A stretch of 64,000 bases of DNA, from positions 2,176,001-2,240,000 of the forward strand of contig CAVTTN010000002.1 in the NCBI GenBank assembly GCA_963737655.1. The letters run 5' to 3'. Shown here in pieces: positions 10,538 through 20,016 of the stretch (within the stretch, counting starts at the first letter, position 1; each line of letters starts with the position of its first letter). The translations under genes and the position numbers were made by a program. The notes beneath the pieces were generated by a model. The model was not told the DNA's origin. It saw only the letters and a list, made by a program, of their open reading frames with translations, and searched no databases. The stretch comes from an uncultured Planctomycetota bacterium (GTDB lineage Bacteria; Planctomycetota; Planctomycetia; Isosphaerales; Isosphaeraceae).

Positions 10538-10999
10538 ATGGCGTTCTGGCTGTTCAAGACCGAACCCGGCTGCTTCTCGTTCGCGGACCTGATGGCCTGC
10601 CCCGGTCGATCGACCGGGTGGGACGGGGTCCGCAATCACCAGGCCCGGAACTTCCTCCGGGACTCGGTGAAGCTCGGCGACGGCGTGTTGTTCTATCACT
10701 CCAATGGCGACCCTCCGAGCGTGGCGGGGATCGCCGAGGTGATCGAGGAGGGGCATGCCGACCCCTCCGCGTTCGACCCTTCCGACGAGCATTTCGACCC
10801 CAGGAGCGTCCGGGAGGCCCCCACCTGGTTCCAGGTCCGAATCCGGGGCGTCCGGGCGCTCGACCCGCCCCTGACGCTCCCCCAATTGCGGACGATTCCC
10901 GCCCTGGCCGGGATGGAGCTGCTCCGCAAGGGGAGCCGGTTGTCGATCCAGCCGGTCCGGCCCGAGGAATGGGCCGCGATTTTGGACCTGGCGAAGTGA
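10538..10999 (+). CDS. EVE domain protein
   Basis: FWLFKTEP, WDGVRNHQARNF, FYHS, SRLSIQPV. Confidence 0.95.
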   Translation: MAFWLFKTEPGCFSFADLMACPGRSTGWDGVRNHQARNFLRDSVKLGDGVLFYHSNGDPPSVAGIAEVIEEGHADPSAFDPSDEHFDPRSVREAPTWFQVRIRGVRALDPPLTLPQLRTIPALAGMELLRKGSRLSIQPVRPEEWAAILDLAK

Positions 11000-11032
11000 C
11001 GTCTTCCCCCACTCTCGACGGATGAGGCCGCC

Positions 11033-11422
11033 ATGTCCCGGATCGAGCATTTCGCCCTGTTCGCCGACGACCTGGAGGGCCTCCGGGCGTTCTACACCGA
11101 GGCGATGGGCCTCCGCGTGATCCTCGACAACAGCCGGGCGCCGGTGGCCGGCTACTTCCTCGCCGACGACGGCGAGGGGGTCGTCGAGATCATCGCCCGC
11201 CCCCCGGGCACGCCTCGCCCCAACACCCGGTTCGCCTGCCACGTCGCCTTCTGGGTCGAGGATTATTCGGCGGCCAGGGCCGCGCTGATCGCCCGAGGGG
11301 CCGCCTTCGAGACCGAGACCGAGGTCTTGACCGACACGATCCGGACCGGCTTCTTCGACGACCCGCAGGGCAATCGGCTCCAGATCGTCTGGAGGGCGAG
11401 GCCGCTGGGCCCGGGTTCCTGA
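11033..11422 (+). CDS. VOC/glyoxalase family protein
   Basis: IEHFAL, FYTEAMGL, HVAFWVED, FFDDPQGNRLQI. Confidence 0.9.
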   Translation: MSRIEHFALFADDLEGLRAFYTEAMGLRVILDNSRAPVAGYFLADDGEGVVEIIARPPGTPRPNTRFACHVAFWVEDYSAARAALIARGAAFETETEVLTDTIRTGFFDDPQGNRLQIVWRARPLGPGS

Positions 11423-11463
11423 GCCGGGGCGATCCGCCGAGGACGGATTCGCCGAGGCGGGCG

Positions 11464-12054
11464 ATGGCGGCGGGAGGGCATTGGGATTATGATGATCCGG
11501 GTCGGGATGACCTGCCCTCGATCCCGACCCTCGCCCACCCCGGGAGCCAGGCGGTGCCCGAACCGCAGCCCGACCTTCGTGACCTGAACCTGGACGACCT
11601 TCGCAAGGCGGTGGCCCTGTACCTCGCGGTGGCCTACCCGTCGGGAGACCCGCCCGAGGCGGTCCGCCGCCGATTGGCCTGGCCCGACGGGGAAGACGCC
11701 GGCTCGATCGTGGCGAAACCGCCCTTCGAGAGGGCGAGCAAGCCCGGCGCGCCCCCGATCCACGCGCTCCGCCTGGGCAACACGCGCTATCCCCACATGA
11801 AGCTCCAGATCCAGCCCTGGCCCAACCCCGCCGGGTTCCTCCTGTCGGTCAATACCCACGACCAGGTGCTCGGGCTCGACCCCTCCGCCGCCGACGCCAA
11901 CGCCTTCCGCGAGCTCCAGGCCGAGAACTCGCGGATCAAGGAGGCCATCGAGGCCGCCTGGGGCGCCGCCGGCCTGCCCACCTTCCTCAACTACCTCCGA
12001 GGCTACCTCGAAACCCATCCGCCCGCCGAGGACTCGCCCCAGGCCGGGGCCTGA
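11464..12054 (+). CDS. Hypothetical protein (true start may be GTG near 11553)
   Basis: High GC3 from about 11553; ALRLGNTRYPHMKL...VNTHDQ core. Confidence 0.7.
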   Translation: MAAGGHWDYDDPGRDDLPSIPTLAHPGSQAVPEPQPDLRDLNLDDLRKAVALYLAVAYPSGDPPEAVRRRLAWPDGEDAGSIVAKPPFERASKPGAPPIHALRLGNTRYPHMKLQIQPWPNPAGFLLSVNTHDQVLGLDPSAADANAFRELQAENSRIKEAIEAAWGAAGLPTFLNYLRGYLETHPPAEDSPQAGA

Positions 12055-12147
12055 TCGGAGGCGATCGGAGGGACGGAGGTCGGCCGGGCGCCGTCTCCCG
12101 ATCGGGACCTCCCGAGGGCGGCGTCCGGACCCCGTTCGGGGAGGCGT

Positions 12148-13848
12148 TCAGGCCTGGGAGAGGGCCCGCCGGTTCCGCGCTCGCGACCGGGCCGGGACCG
12201 ATTGCGGGGCCTCGGATCGCGAGGCTTCCGGGGAATCCGATCCGGCCTGGTGGGGTTGGTACTCGGGGAGGAGTTCGGCGAGGGCGGCCCGGATCGCCGT
12301 CTCGGGGCCGTCGGCGATCGCGGCGAGTCGGGCGAGTCCGGACCAGAAGGGGCCGGATTCGATCGGGCGGTGCCGGGCCCGGAAGATCCGGGGATGGGAC
12401 GTGGGGAGGCGGTGCTCGGTGTCGTCGTAAAGCTCTTCGTGGAGCTTCTCTCCGGGCCTTCGGCCGGTGATCTGGATGGCGATGTCCTGGCCTTCCCGGA
12501 GCCCGGCCAGGCGGATCATCGAGCGGGCGAGGTCGAGAATGCGGACGGGACGGCCCATGTCGAGGACGAAGATCTCCCCTCCTTCACCCAGGGCGCCCGC
12601 CTGAAGGACCAGGCCGGCGGCCTCGGGGATCGTCATGAAGTAGCGGGTCATCTCGGGATCGGTCACCGTGATCGGGCCCCCTCGGCGGATCTGCTCCGAG
12701 AAGATCGGCACGACGCTGCCGGTGGAGCCCAGGACGTTGCCGAACCGGACGGTCACCATCCTCGTCCGGGTCAGGCCGTCGAGCGACTGGACGGTCATCT
12801 CCGCGAGCCTCTTGGACGCCCCCATCACGCTGGAGGGGTTCACCGCCTTATCCGTCGAGATCATCACGAACGCCTCGACGCCGGCGCGGAGGCTCTCGGC
12901 GGCGAGAGTGCGGGTTCCCAGGACGTTGTTCTTGACGGCGGCGCCCGGGTTCCGCTCCATCATCGGCACGTGCTTGTGGGCCGCGGCGTGGAGGACCACC
13001 TCCGGCCGGTGGGCCTCGAAGAGCGTCCGCAGGCCGCGGAAGTCCTGGATGCTGATCAGGTTCGGGACCAGCTCGCACTCGCCGGCGCAGTCGGCCAGCT
13101 CGCGTTCGAGGTAGAAGAGACCGTTCTCGTTCACGTCCACCAGGACGAGCTTCGCCGGGGAGAACCCGAGGGCCTGGCGGCAGATTTCCGAGCCGATGCT
13201 CCCCGACGCCCCCGTGACCAGCACCACCTTGCCCCGGAGGAACTCGCCGATGGCCGGGCGGTCGAGCCGGACGGGCTCGCGGTTGAGGAGCCGGGCCGGG
13301 TCGATTTCCTGGGGGATGGGAAGCCTGGGGGTGATGGGTGAGGGACTCGCGGCGGAGGGACGGGTCACGATCACGTCGCGGACGGCCCGGACGGCGGCTC
13401 GCGAGGCGACCAGGCCGAGGACCGTCGCGACCCAGTCCAGGAGAAAGATCGAGCGGGGCAGGGGGTGGCCCAACGCCTGGGCCGTCGCGAAGGCCGCGAG
13501 CGAGCCGGCGGAGGCAGACTCGGCCAGAGAGGCGAAGTCGGCGAGAGAGGCGAGCCGCCACCAGCCCCGATGCGACCGATTGGCCAGGACCGCGAGCAGC
13601 TTCAGGCCGACGACGGCGGGCAGGAAGGCCAGGGCCGAGGCCCAGACCGTGGTCGGCACCGCCCCATCGAACCGTCCAAGGCACGCGGCGAGGAAGACCA
13701 GGCCGAAGCCGGCGGCAAGGACCGCCAGGACCAGGGCGCCCCGGGCCTCGGAGGCCACGGAAGGCCTCGGTGAGAGTTCGCGATCCTTTGGATCGGGAAA
13801 GTCCGCTGCGCTCGTCGCGGGGCCGAGGTCCAGGGCGAAGGGTCGCAT
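12148..13848 (-). CDS. Membrane-anchored UDP-GlcNAc 4,6-dehydratase (PglF/CapD-like)
   Basis: N-terminal TM helices; GASGSIG, HAAAHKHVP, STDKAVNP..VMGASK, RFGNVLGSTGSV, RPGEKLHEEL; ATG after GGAGGAG. Confidence 0.92.
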   Translation of the reverse strand: MRPFALDLGPATSAADFPDPKDRELSPRPSVASEARGALVLAVLAAGFGLVFLAACLGRFDGAVPTTVWASALAFLPAVVGLKLLAVLANRSHRGWWRLASLADFASLAESASAGSLAAFATAQALGHPLPRSIFLLDWVATVLGLVASRAAVRAVRDVIVTRPSAASPSPITPRLPIPQEIDPARLLNREPVRLDRPAIGEFLRGKVVLVTGASGSIGSEICRQALGFSPAKLVLVDVNENGLFYLERELADCAGECELVPNLISIQDFRGLRTLFEAHRPEVVLHAAAHKHVPMMERNPGAAVKNNVLGTRTLAAESLRAGVEAFVMISTDKAVNPSSVMGASKRLAEMTVQSLDGLTRTRMVTVRFGNVLGSTGSVVPIFSEQIRRGGPITVTDPEMTRYFMTIPEAAGLVLQAGALGEGGEIFVLDMGRPVRILDLARSMIRLAGLREGQDIAIQITGRRPGEKLHEELYDDTEHRLPTSHPRIFRARHRPIESGPFWSGLARLAAIADGPETAIRAALAELLPEYQPHQAGSDSPEASRSEAPQSVPARSRARNRRALSQA

Positions 13849-14060
13849 AATACTCTCTCCTCCAGGTGAAGGCAGGCCGACCCGAGGCCGACCCGATCCG
13901 ATCCGATCCGCCGCAACCCTAGGCTCTGTCTGGCCCCGTGGCAAAACCGCCTCGCGATTTGACGGGCGGGTGACGGTGACCTAGGTTGCCCGGCAGAGCA
14001 GAAGCTCTGGGACGGACGAGGAGGAGCCTCGATTCGCCTCCGGGCCTTCGGGAGTCAACC

Positions 14061-14606
14061 ATGATCCGTTCTTTGTGCATCCTGGAGGCGGTCTCGATCG
14101 GGCTGGCGCTCGCGGGGACTGCGTCGGCGGGCGCCCCGAAGCCTCGATCGCAGTTCGTCCACGAATTGCGGGCGAAGTCCGATCAGGCGGCCCTGAAACA
14201 ACTTGCGAAGGGCGGTCAGGCCGTCTCCCGAGACCTCGACCGGATCGACGCGGCCCTCGGCGCGGGGGCGTCCTCGAAAAAGCTGGCGGCCCTCGGCAAG
14301 ACCCTGAACCACGATCTCGGCCAGTTTGACCAGCTTGCCTCGGCGCCTGGGTCGGCGTCGTCGGCCCCGGCGAGATCGGCCTTGCTCCAGGCGACATCCA
14401 ACCGGGTCCAGCAGTCGCTGGACCGGGACTCGGCGGCGGTCTCCGCGAATCCCGGGCTGGCGGGGTTCGTCGGGCCGATGTCGGCACGATTGACGACCGA
14501 GAACCAATCCATTCAGACCACGATCCGGACGATCGACCGCCAGGCGGCCACGCCGACGGCCCCTTCGGCGGCGGTGAACGTCGTTCAGGCGGTTTTCGGA
14601 CGCTAG
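14061..14606 (+). CDS. Secreted Ala/Ser-rich hypothetical protein
   Basis: GGAG RBS; signal peptide ending ASA; helical low-complexity mature part. Confidence 0.65.
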   Translation: MIRSLCILEAVSIGLALAGTASAGAPKPRSQFVHELRAKSDQAALKQLAKGGQAVSRDLDRIDAALGAGASSKKLAALGKTLNHDLGQFDQLASAPGSASSAPARSALLQATSNRVQQSLDRDSAAVSANPGLAGFVGPMSARLTTENQSIQTTIRTIDRQAATPTAPSAAVNVVQAVFGR

Positions 14607-14629
14607 GCGGCTCGGACGAGGCATTTTCC

Positions 14630-16792
14630 ATGGACCCGGACCGGCCCCCGCGATTCGCCCGGACCCGAGGCGTCCTCCGAGGCGCCCTGGTCGTGCTGCC
14701 TCCGTGGGCGTTTGGCTCGGTGGAGGCCTGGGCCGGGCTGATCCTGGCGGGTTTGGTGGTCGTCCTGGCGGGATTGAGCGTGTTCGCGGGTGGGCGGAGG
14801 AAGCCCGGAGGCCCGGCTCTGGCCCTGGCGGGGCTGGCCCTGCTCGGCGTCGTCCAGGCCCTGCCGATGGGCGAGGCGGTCGTGTCTCGGCTGGCCCCGG
14901 GTTCGGCGTCCCTGATCCGTTCGATGGCGCCGCGATCGCCGCAAGGCGTTGTTGGAGCTGAAGGTTCGGGCGTTTCTCCGCCGTCGATGAGCGTGAGCCT
15001 CGAACCGGAATCGTCGAGGAAGGCCGCCGTTTCCCTGGCGGTGGCGGCCCTGGCGTTCTGGGCGTCGAGCGTGCCGACGGGTCGCCGGGACCTGGCCCGC
15101 CTCGGGCTTCTCCTCGCCCTGAACTGCGCCGTCCTCGCCGTCTTCGCGAGGGTCCAGGCCCTGTCGTGGGACGGCCGGATCTTCTGGGCCCGCCCGTCGC
15201 CGATGGAGGACGGTCGCGACACCGGCGGCCCGTTCGTCGGCCACGGGCCGCTGGCGGCTTATCTCTGCCTGGGCCTGGGATTCGCCCTGGCCGGGCTGCG
15301 GGCCGGGAGACGGCCCGGGCCCGGCCGGGCCGTCTGGGCCTATCTGGCGTTTGCGATCGGTGCCGGTTTGATCGGTTCGCATTCCAGGACCGGAGTGCTC
15401 GCCGCCGTCGGGGCCTCGGTGGTCGTGGCGGCAGAGATGGGGGTCCGCGGCCGGTGGATCGCGGCCGGGGTGATCGGCTTCGGCCTGCTGGTGATTGTTG
15501 TAACCTGTGTGGATGGATCGACTTCAAGCTTACTTCGCCTCACTTCGCTGGCCGACAATGGCTCCCTGGCCCCGAGGCTGGAGATCGCCCGGGCGGCGGT
15601 GCGGGCCTGGGCCGATCGGCCGGTCTTCGGCTCCGGATTCGGGACGTTTTCGACCGTTGCCGCGCCTTACTTGACGAGCGACGACGGCCGGTTCGTCGCG
15701 AGGGCCGAGAACGAGTGGCTCGATCTCCTGACCGAGGGCGGCCTGGTGGGCGTCGGGATCGCCCTGGCGGGACTGGCCTCGCTGACCCGTGCGATCCGGC
15801 AAACCGGGAAGTCCTGGGACGTTGCGGCGGCCGCGTTTGGCCTGGTGGCCCTGGCGATCCATGCGTTGGGCGATTCGCCCCTGCATGTGCCCGGAGTGGC
15901 GATCCCGGCGGCCGTCCTGGCGGGGGTGGCGTGGGGCGGGGGCCAGAAAGGGAGGTCGGGATGCTCCATGGAGGACCACTCCGGGGCTGACCCCGATTCA
16001 CCACGAAGCCACGAAGAGCACGAAGGTAGACACAAAGAGATGGGTGAATTCCCGTCGTCTTTGTGTCTACCTTCGTGCTCTTCGTGGCTTCGTGGCGAGT
16101 TTCTTGGGGTTTTCCACTTTGGGGCGTTCGTGGCGGTCGCGGGCCTGGCGGTCTTGATCCTGAGGTCGAAAGCGTGCGATGCAATGGCGGAGGTCGAGCT
16201 GGCGAGGGGCGGGTTGCCCCTTCCGGGGTCGGCCATGCCTTCGGCGGGGCCGGACGACTCGCCTCGATCGGTCCTGGAAACGCGGCGGCATGCCCTGATC
16301 CGGGCCCTGGCCCATCGGCCGGACTGGGCGGAGGGGCATCTCCGGCTCGCCCTGACCGCGACGGCCCTCTATCGCCGGACCGTCCTCGAATGGATCGCGG
16401 AGGATGGCGCCGAGGGGCCCTCGACCGAGGACCTGGGTGATCCGTTGGCCCTGCGGCGGGCGGTCCTGGCGGGCTCGCCGGAGATGATGGCGGCGGACCC
16501 GGTCCGGGATCACCTCGTCCCGGCGGCCCGGTCGTTCCTCGAAGCCCGGCGGTGTTCTCCGGCGATGGCCTGGCCCCATCTGGGGCTGGCGACGGTGGAT
16601 TTTCTCCTGATCGGGCCGGACTCGTCCGGGGATCATCTCGGCCGGACCCTGGCCAGGGCCTCGCCCGATGGGGCCTGGCTCGAACGGGTCGCCGAGGTGG
16701 CCCGCCAGTCGGGCCGGGCCGACCTGGAGCGCCGGGCCCTCGAACGAGCCCGGTCCGTCCGCGACGATCGAGACCGGGAGGCGCGGCCATGA
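14630..16792 (+). CDS. O-antigen ligase (WaaL/Wzy_C) family protein with C-terminal TPR-like region
   Basis: PWAFGSVE, GPFV, SRTG, R...FGSGFGTF, AENEWLDLLTEGG, H..GD.PLH motifs. Confidence 0.8.
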   Translation: MDPDRPPRFARTRGVLRGALVVLPPWAFGSVEAWAGLILAGLVVVLAGLSVFAGGRRKPGGPALALAGLALLGVVQALPMGEAVVSRLAPGSASLIRSMAPRSPQGVVGAEGSGVSPPSMSVSLEPESSRKAAVSLAVAALAFWASSVPTGRRDLARLGLLLALNCAVLAVFARVQALSWDGRIFWARPSPMEDGRDTGGPFVGHGPLAAYLCLGLGFALAGLRAGRRPGPGRAVWAYLAFAIGAGLIGSHSRTGVLAAVGASVVVAAEMGVRGRWIAAGVIGFGLLVIVVTCVDGSTSSLLRLTSLADNGSLAPRLEIARAAVRAWADRPVFGSGFGTFSTVAAPYLTSDDGRFVARAENEWLDLLTEGGLVGVGIALAGLASLTRAIRQTGKSWDVAAAAFGLVALAIHALGDSPLHVPGVAIPAAVLAGVAWGGGQKGRSGCSMEDHSGADPDSPRSHEEHEGRHKEMGEFPSSLCLPSCSSWLRGEFLGVFHFGAFVAVAGLAVLILRSKACDAMAEVELARGGLPLPGSAMPSAGPDDSPRSVLETRRHALIRALAHRPDWAEGHLRLALTATALYRRTVLEWIAEDGAEGPSTEDLGDPLALRRAVLAGSPEMMAADPVRDHLVPAARSFLEARRCSPAMAWPHLGLATVDFLLIGPDSSGDHLGRTLARASPDGAWLERVAEVARQSGRADLERRALERARSVRDDRDREARP
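16001..16095. repeat. Palindromic element with perfect 38-bp arms and a 19-nt spacer, inside the ligase ORF
   Basis: 16001-16038 is the exact reverse complement of 16058-16095. Confidence 0.97.
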
Positions 16793-18962
16793 ATCCCTCG
16801 GGCGATGCCTATCGCGATCCGACAGACGCGCTGAAAGCTTCATGGGACGCGGTCCGCCGGGGCTGGCGAATCGTGGCGGCGGTCTCGGCCGGTTGCCTGA
16901 CGGTCGGCATCCTCTGGGTCGCGGCCACGCCCAGGGCGTATCAGGCCACGCTCCGCCTGCTGATCTCGGCCAATGCCGCGTCTCCCCTGGGTCTGGGCGG
17001 GTTCGAAGCGGCCCGCGCGCCCGACCCGCTCGACGACCCGATCCCCACGCAGGCCATGATCTTGAGAAGCACCTCGGTCGTCGGCCGGGCCGTCGAGGAG
17101 CTTGGCCCCAGGGGCCTGCCCAGCCTGTTCGGCGTGGCCGACCCGGTCCGCGAGGCGATCTCCCGGACCTCCGTGACCCGGCCCGACCGGACCGCGAAGG
17201 TCCTTCAGCTCGACGTCTCGGCGGGCTCTCGCGAGGAGGCGGTCCGGCTGGCGGAGGCGATCGCCGACAGCCATCGGCGGTTCCTGGACGAGAACGGCCG
17301 GCGAGCGGGATCGGGGGTCGTGGCCCTCCTGGGCCGGGCCCGCGACGAGCTCCGGGCCGAGATCGAGGCCCAGGAACAAAGGCTCCGCGACCACCGCGCC
17401 AGGCATCCCGAGGCCCCGACCGGCGACTCGGCCCGCGCCCTGGCGCTCCGGGCCGTCGAGCCGTGGGAGCGTGCCTCGGCCGAGGCGACCGTCCGCGCCG
17501 TCCGGCTCCGGGCCCAGCTCGATCTCGGCCGGTCCCTGAGCGTCGAGGGGAAGGACGCCCGTTCGATCGCCCTGGCCCTCGGCCTGATCGACGAGCCGGG
17601 CGGGGGCGCGATCGGCCGACTTGGGGACGAGTCGTCGGGCGAGGCGTCCGATTACTTGCGCAGGATCAAGGATGAGTTGCGCAAGCAAACCGAGGCCCTC
17701 GGCCCCGGGTCCACCAAGGCCCGCGAGCTTCAAGAGCAGCTTCAGAGGCTCTCGGCCCGACCGGCCGACCTCCTCGACGCGGTGGCCGGGGCGCTCCGGG
17801 CGGCCGAGACGCTCCGCGACGAGTATTCCCGGAGGCGAGACCGGGCCCTCGCCGGGGCCGGCGCCGCCGAGGGGGCCGCGTCCGACGCCGACCTCCTCCG
17901 CGCCGACCTCGACCGCTCCCGCGCCCTGTTTTCGGCGGTGGTCGAGCAGATCAAGGCGGCCGAGATCGCCGGGGACCGGCCGCCGATCTCCGCCCGGGTG
18001 ATCGAACCGGCCACCTCGCCTCGATCGCCGATCCGGCCGAAGGTCCCGATGACGCTCGGCCTCTCGCTCGTCGCCGGCCTCGTCCTCGGCTCGCTCGCCT
18101 CCGTGGTGGCCGACCGCCTCGACCCCGGCCTCCGTTCGCCCGACCTCATGCAAGAGGCGCTCGGCCTGTCGGTCCTCGGCCTGATCCCGGACGAAACGGC
18201 CCTGCCGATGGGCCGGGTCACCCTGGCCATGCCCAGGTCGGTCCCGTCCGAGGCGTTCAAGGCGGCGAGGACTCACGTCGAGGCATGCCGGATCGCGAAA
18301 AATGCACGGATCATACTCGTGACCAGCCCCCGGCCCGAGGAGGGCAAGAGCACCCTGGCGAGCAACCTGGCCATCGCCACCGCGCAGGCCGGCCGGCGCG
18401 TCTTGCTGATCGACGCCGACCTCCGCCGGCCGACCCAGGGCCGCCTTCATGGCGCGGGCGCGGCCCCGGGCTCGCCGATCTCCTCGCGACCGACGACCCG
18501 CCGAGCTTCCGCCAGTGCGTCCGGGCCGCCGAGCCTCCCGGGCTCGACCTCCTGACCGCCGGCCACACGCCCGACGACCCCTCCGAGCGGCTGATGTCCG
18601 CCCGGCTCTCGGCCGTCCTCGACGAGGCGAGAGACCTGTATGACCTGGTCATCATCGATTCGTCGCCCCTCCTCGCCGTGACCGACCCGGCCATCCTCGC
18701 CGGGCGGGCCGACGCCCTCCTCCTGGTCGTCCGCCTCGGCCGGACCCGACTCGACGACGCCCGCCGGGCCGTCGGCATCCTGCGAGGCCTGGGCACGCCG
18801 ATCCTCGGCGCCATCGTCAATGGGCTGAAGTGGCGCGAACATACCTACGCTTATGGATATGACTCCGAAGACCGTCCCGTCCCGCCCGACCCGATCGCGG
18901 GGCGCCCCGCGTCGCCCGTTCATGCGACGACGTCCCAGGAGGCCAACGGTGTTCACGCATGA
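16789..18962 (+). CDS. Polysaccharide co-polymerase/tyrosine autokinase (Wzc-like), frameshift near 18457
   Basis: Two TM segments around a coiled coil, SEAFK, SPRPEEGKST Walker A, LIDADLRRP, IIDSSP, short YAYGY tail. Confidence 0.88.
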
Positions 18963-19860
18963 ATTCGCGGCTTGCCCGGGCTGGCGAGGGCTCGTCCTCG
19001 CCGTGATCGGCCTGGCGGGCGTCCCGCCCGGCGTCCCTGGCGACGAGCCGACGGCGATCGTCCTCCGTCGGTGTACGACCGAGTTTGCGAGCGCCTCGAC
19101 GCTTGGGGTGGCCTCGGGTGGCCTGCTGGAGTCGCTGGAGGTGAAGGTCGGCGACCGCGTGGAGGCGGGGCGGACCCTCGCTCGATTGAACGACGCGGAC
19201 GCCCTGGCCGAGCGCGACCGCCGGGCCGCCGAGGCCGCCTATGACGGCGATTTGCGGCTGGCCGAGGCGAAACGGGCGCAGGTCGCCGCCAGGCTCCGCA
19301 CGGCCGAGGCGCTCGGGCGGAGGAACCTCGTGAGCGCCGACGAGACGGCCGCGCTCAAGGTCGAGGCCGACGCCGCCGTCGGGGCCGTCGAGGAGGCGAA
19401 GCACCGCCGCCGGCTCGCCGAGATCGGCCTCAGGCAGGCCGAGCAGGCACTCCTCGGTCGCCGGATCGTCGCGCCTCACGACGGCCTGGTCGTCGCCGTG
19501 TTCAAGGCCCGAGGCGAGCCCGTGGCGCCGACCGAGCCGATCCTGAAGGTCGTCAGCGTCGATCGTGTCCGAGTCACCGGCCTCCTCGACGTCTCGCTCG
19601 CCTGGAAGGTCCGAGCCGGACGGCCCGTGAAGGTCTCGGCCGAGGTCCGAGGCGCGGACCTGCCGATCGAGGCCGAGACCTTCGTCGGGACAATTCTGCT
19701 CGTCGATCCCGAGGTCAACCCCGAGACCCAAACCTGCCGGGTGGTCGCGGAAGTCGAGAACCGAGACGGCCTCCTCCGCGCCGGGCTCGAGGCGCGAATG
19801 GAGATCCTGGCGGAGGCTCACAGCCCGACGGACCCCGAGAGCCCGAAAAGCAACAAATAA
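18949..19860 (+). CDS. HlyD/RND-type periplasmic adaptor subunit
   Basis: GTG after AGGAGG; VKVGDRVEAG, helical hairpin, IVAPHDG, VDPEVNPET, LRAGL. Confidence 0.8.
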   Translation: MFTHEFAACPGWRGLVLAVIGLAGVPPGVPGDEPTAIVLRRCTTEFASASTLGVASGGLLESLEVKVGDRVEAGRTLARLNDADALAERDRRAAEAAYDGDLRLAEAKRAQVAARLRTAEALGRRNLVSADETAALKVEADAAVGAVEEAKHRRRLAEIGLRQAEQALLGRRIVAPHDGLVVAVFKARGEPVAPTEPILKVVSVDRVRVTGLLDVSLAWKVRAGRPVKVSAEVRGADLPIEAETFVGTILLVDPEVNPETQTCRVVAEVENRDGLLRAGLEARMEILAEAHSPTDPESPKSNK

Positions 19861-19905
19861 AATTCATTTATGTGAATTTAATATGAAAACAACGGTATTG
19901 ATTCC
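19845..19905 (+). promoter_or_regulatory. AT-rich island with AAATTCA-N6-TGAATTT dyad upstream of the sugar operon
   Basis: Sharp local AT peak; 7-bp inverted repeat at 19860-19879. Confidence 0.45.
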
Positions 19906-20016
19906 CCGTCAAGATTCCCCGCCCGACGATCGTTTTCCGCCGCCGAGACTCCCGAACCGGTTCTATCCTGAGGGCGAGTGCGTGCGTCACCGGCCTCCCG
20001 GACGAGGAAAACCGCG

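Noticed and set aside
13925..14000. c-di-GMP-I riboswitch suggested by GGCAAA
   Set aside because: The remaining conserved elements (GAAA tetraloop, GACGCAAAGC) are absent
18959..19006. ATG at 18959 as the adaptor start
   Set aside because: That frame stops after 15 codons; the in-frame GTG at 18949 has an AGGAGG ribosome-binding site
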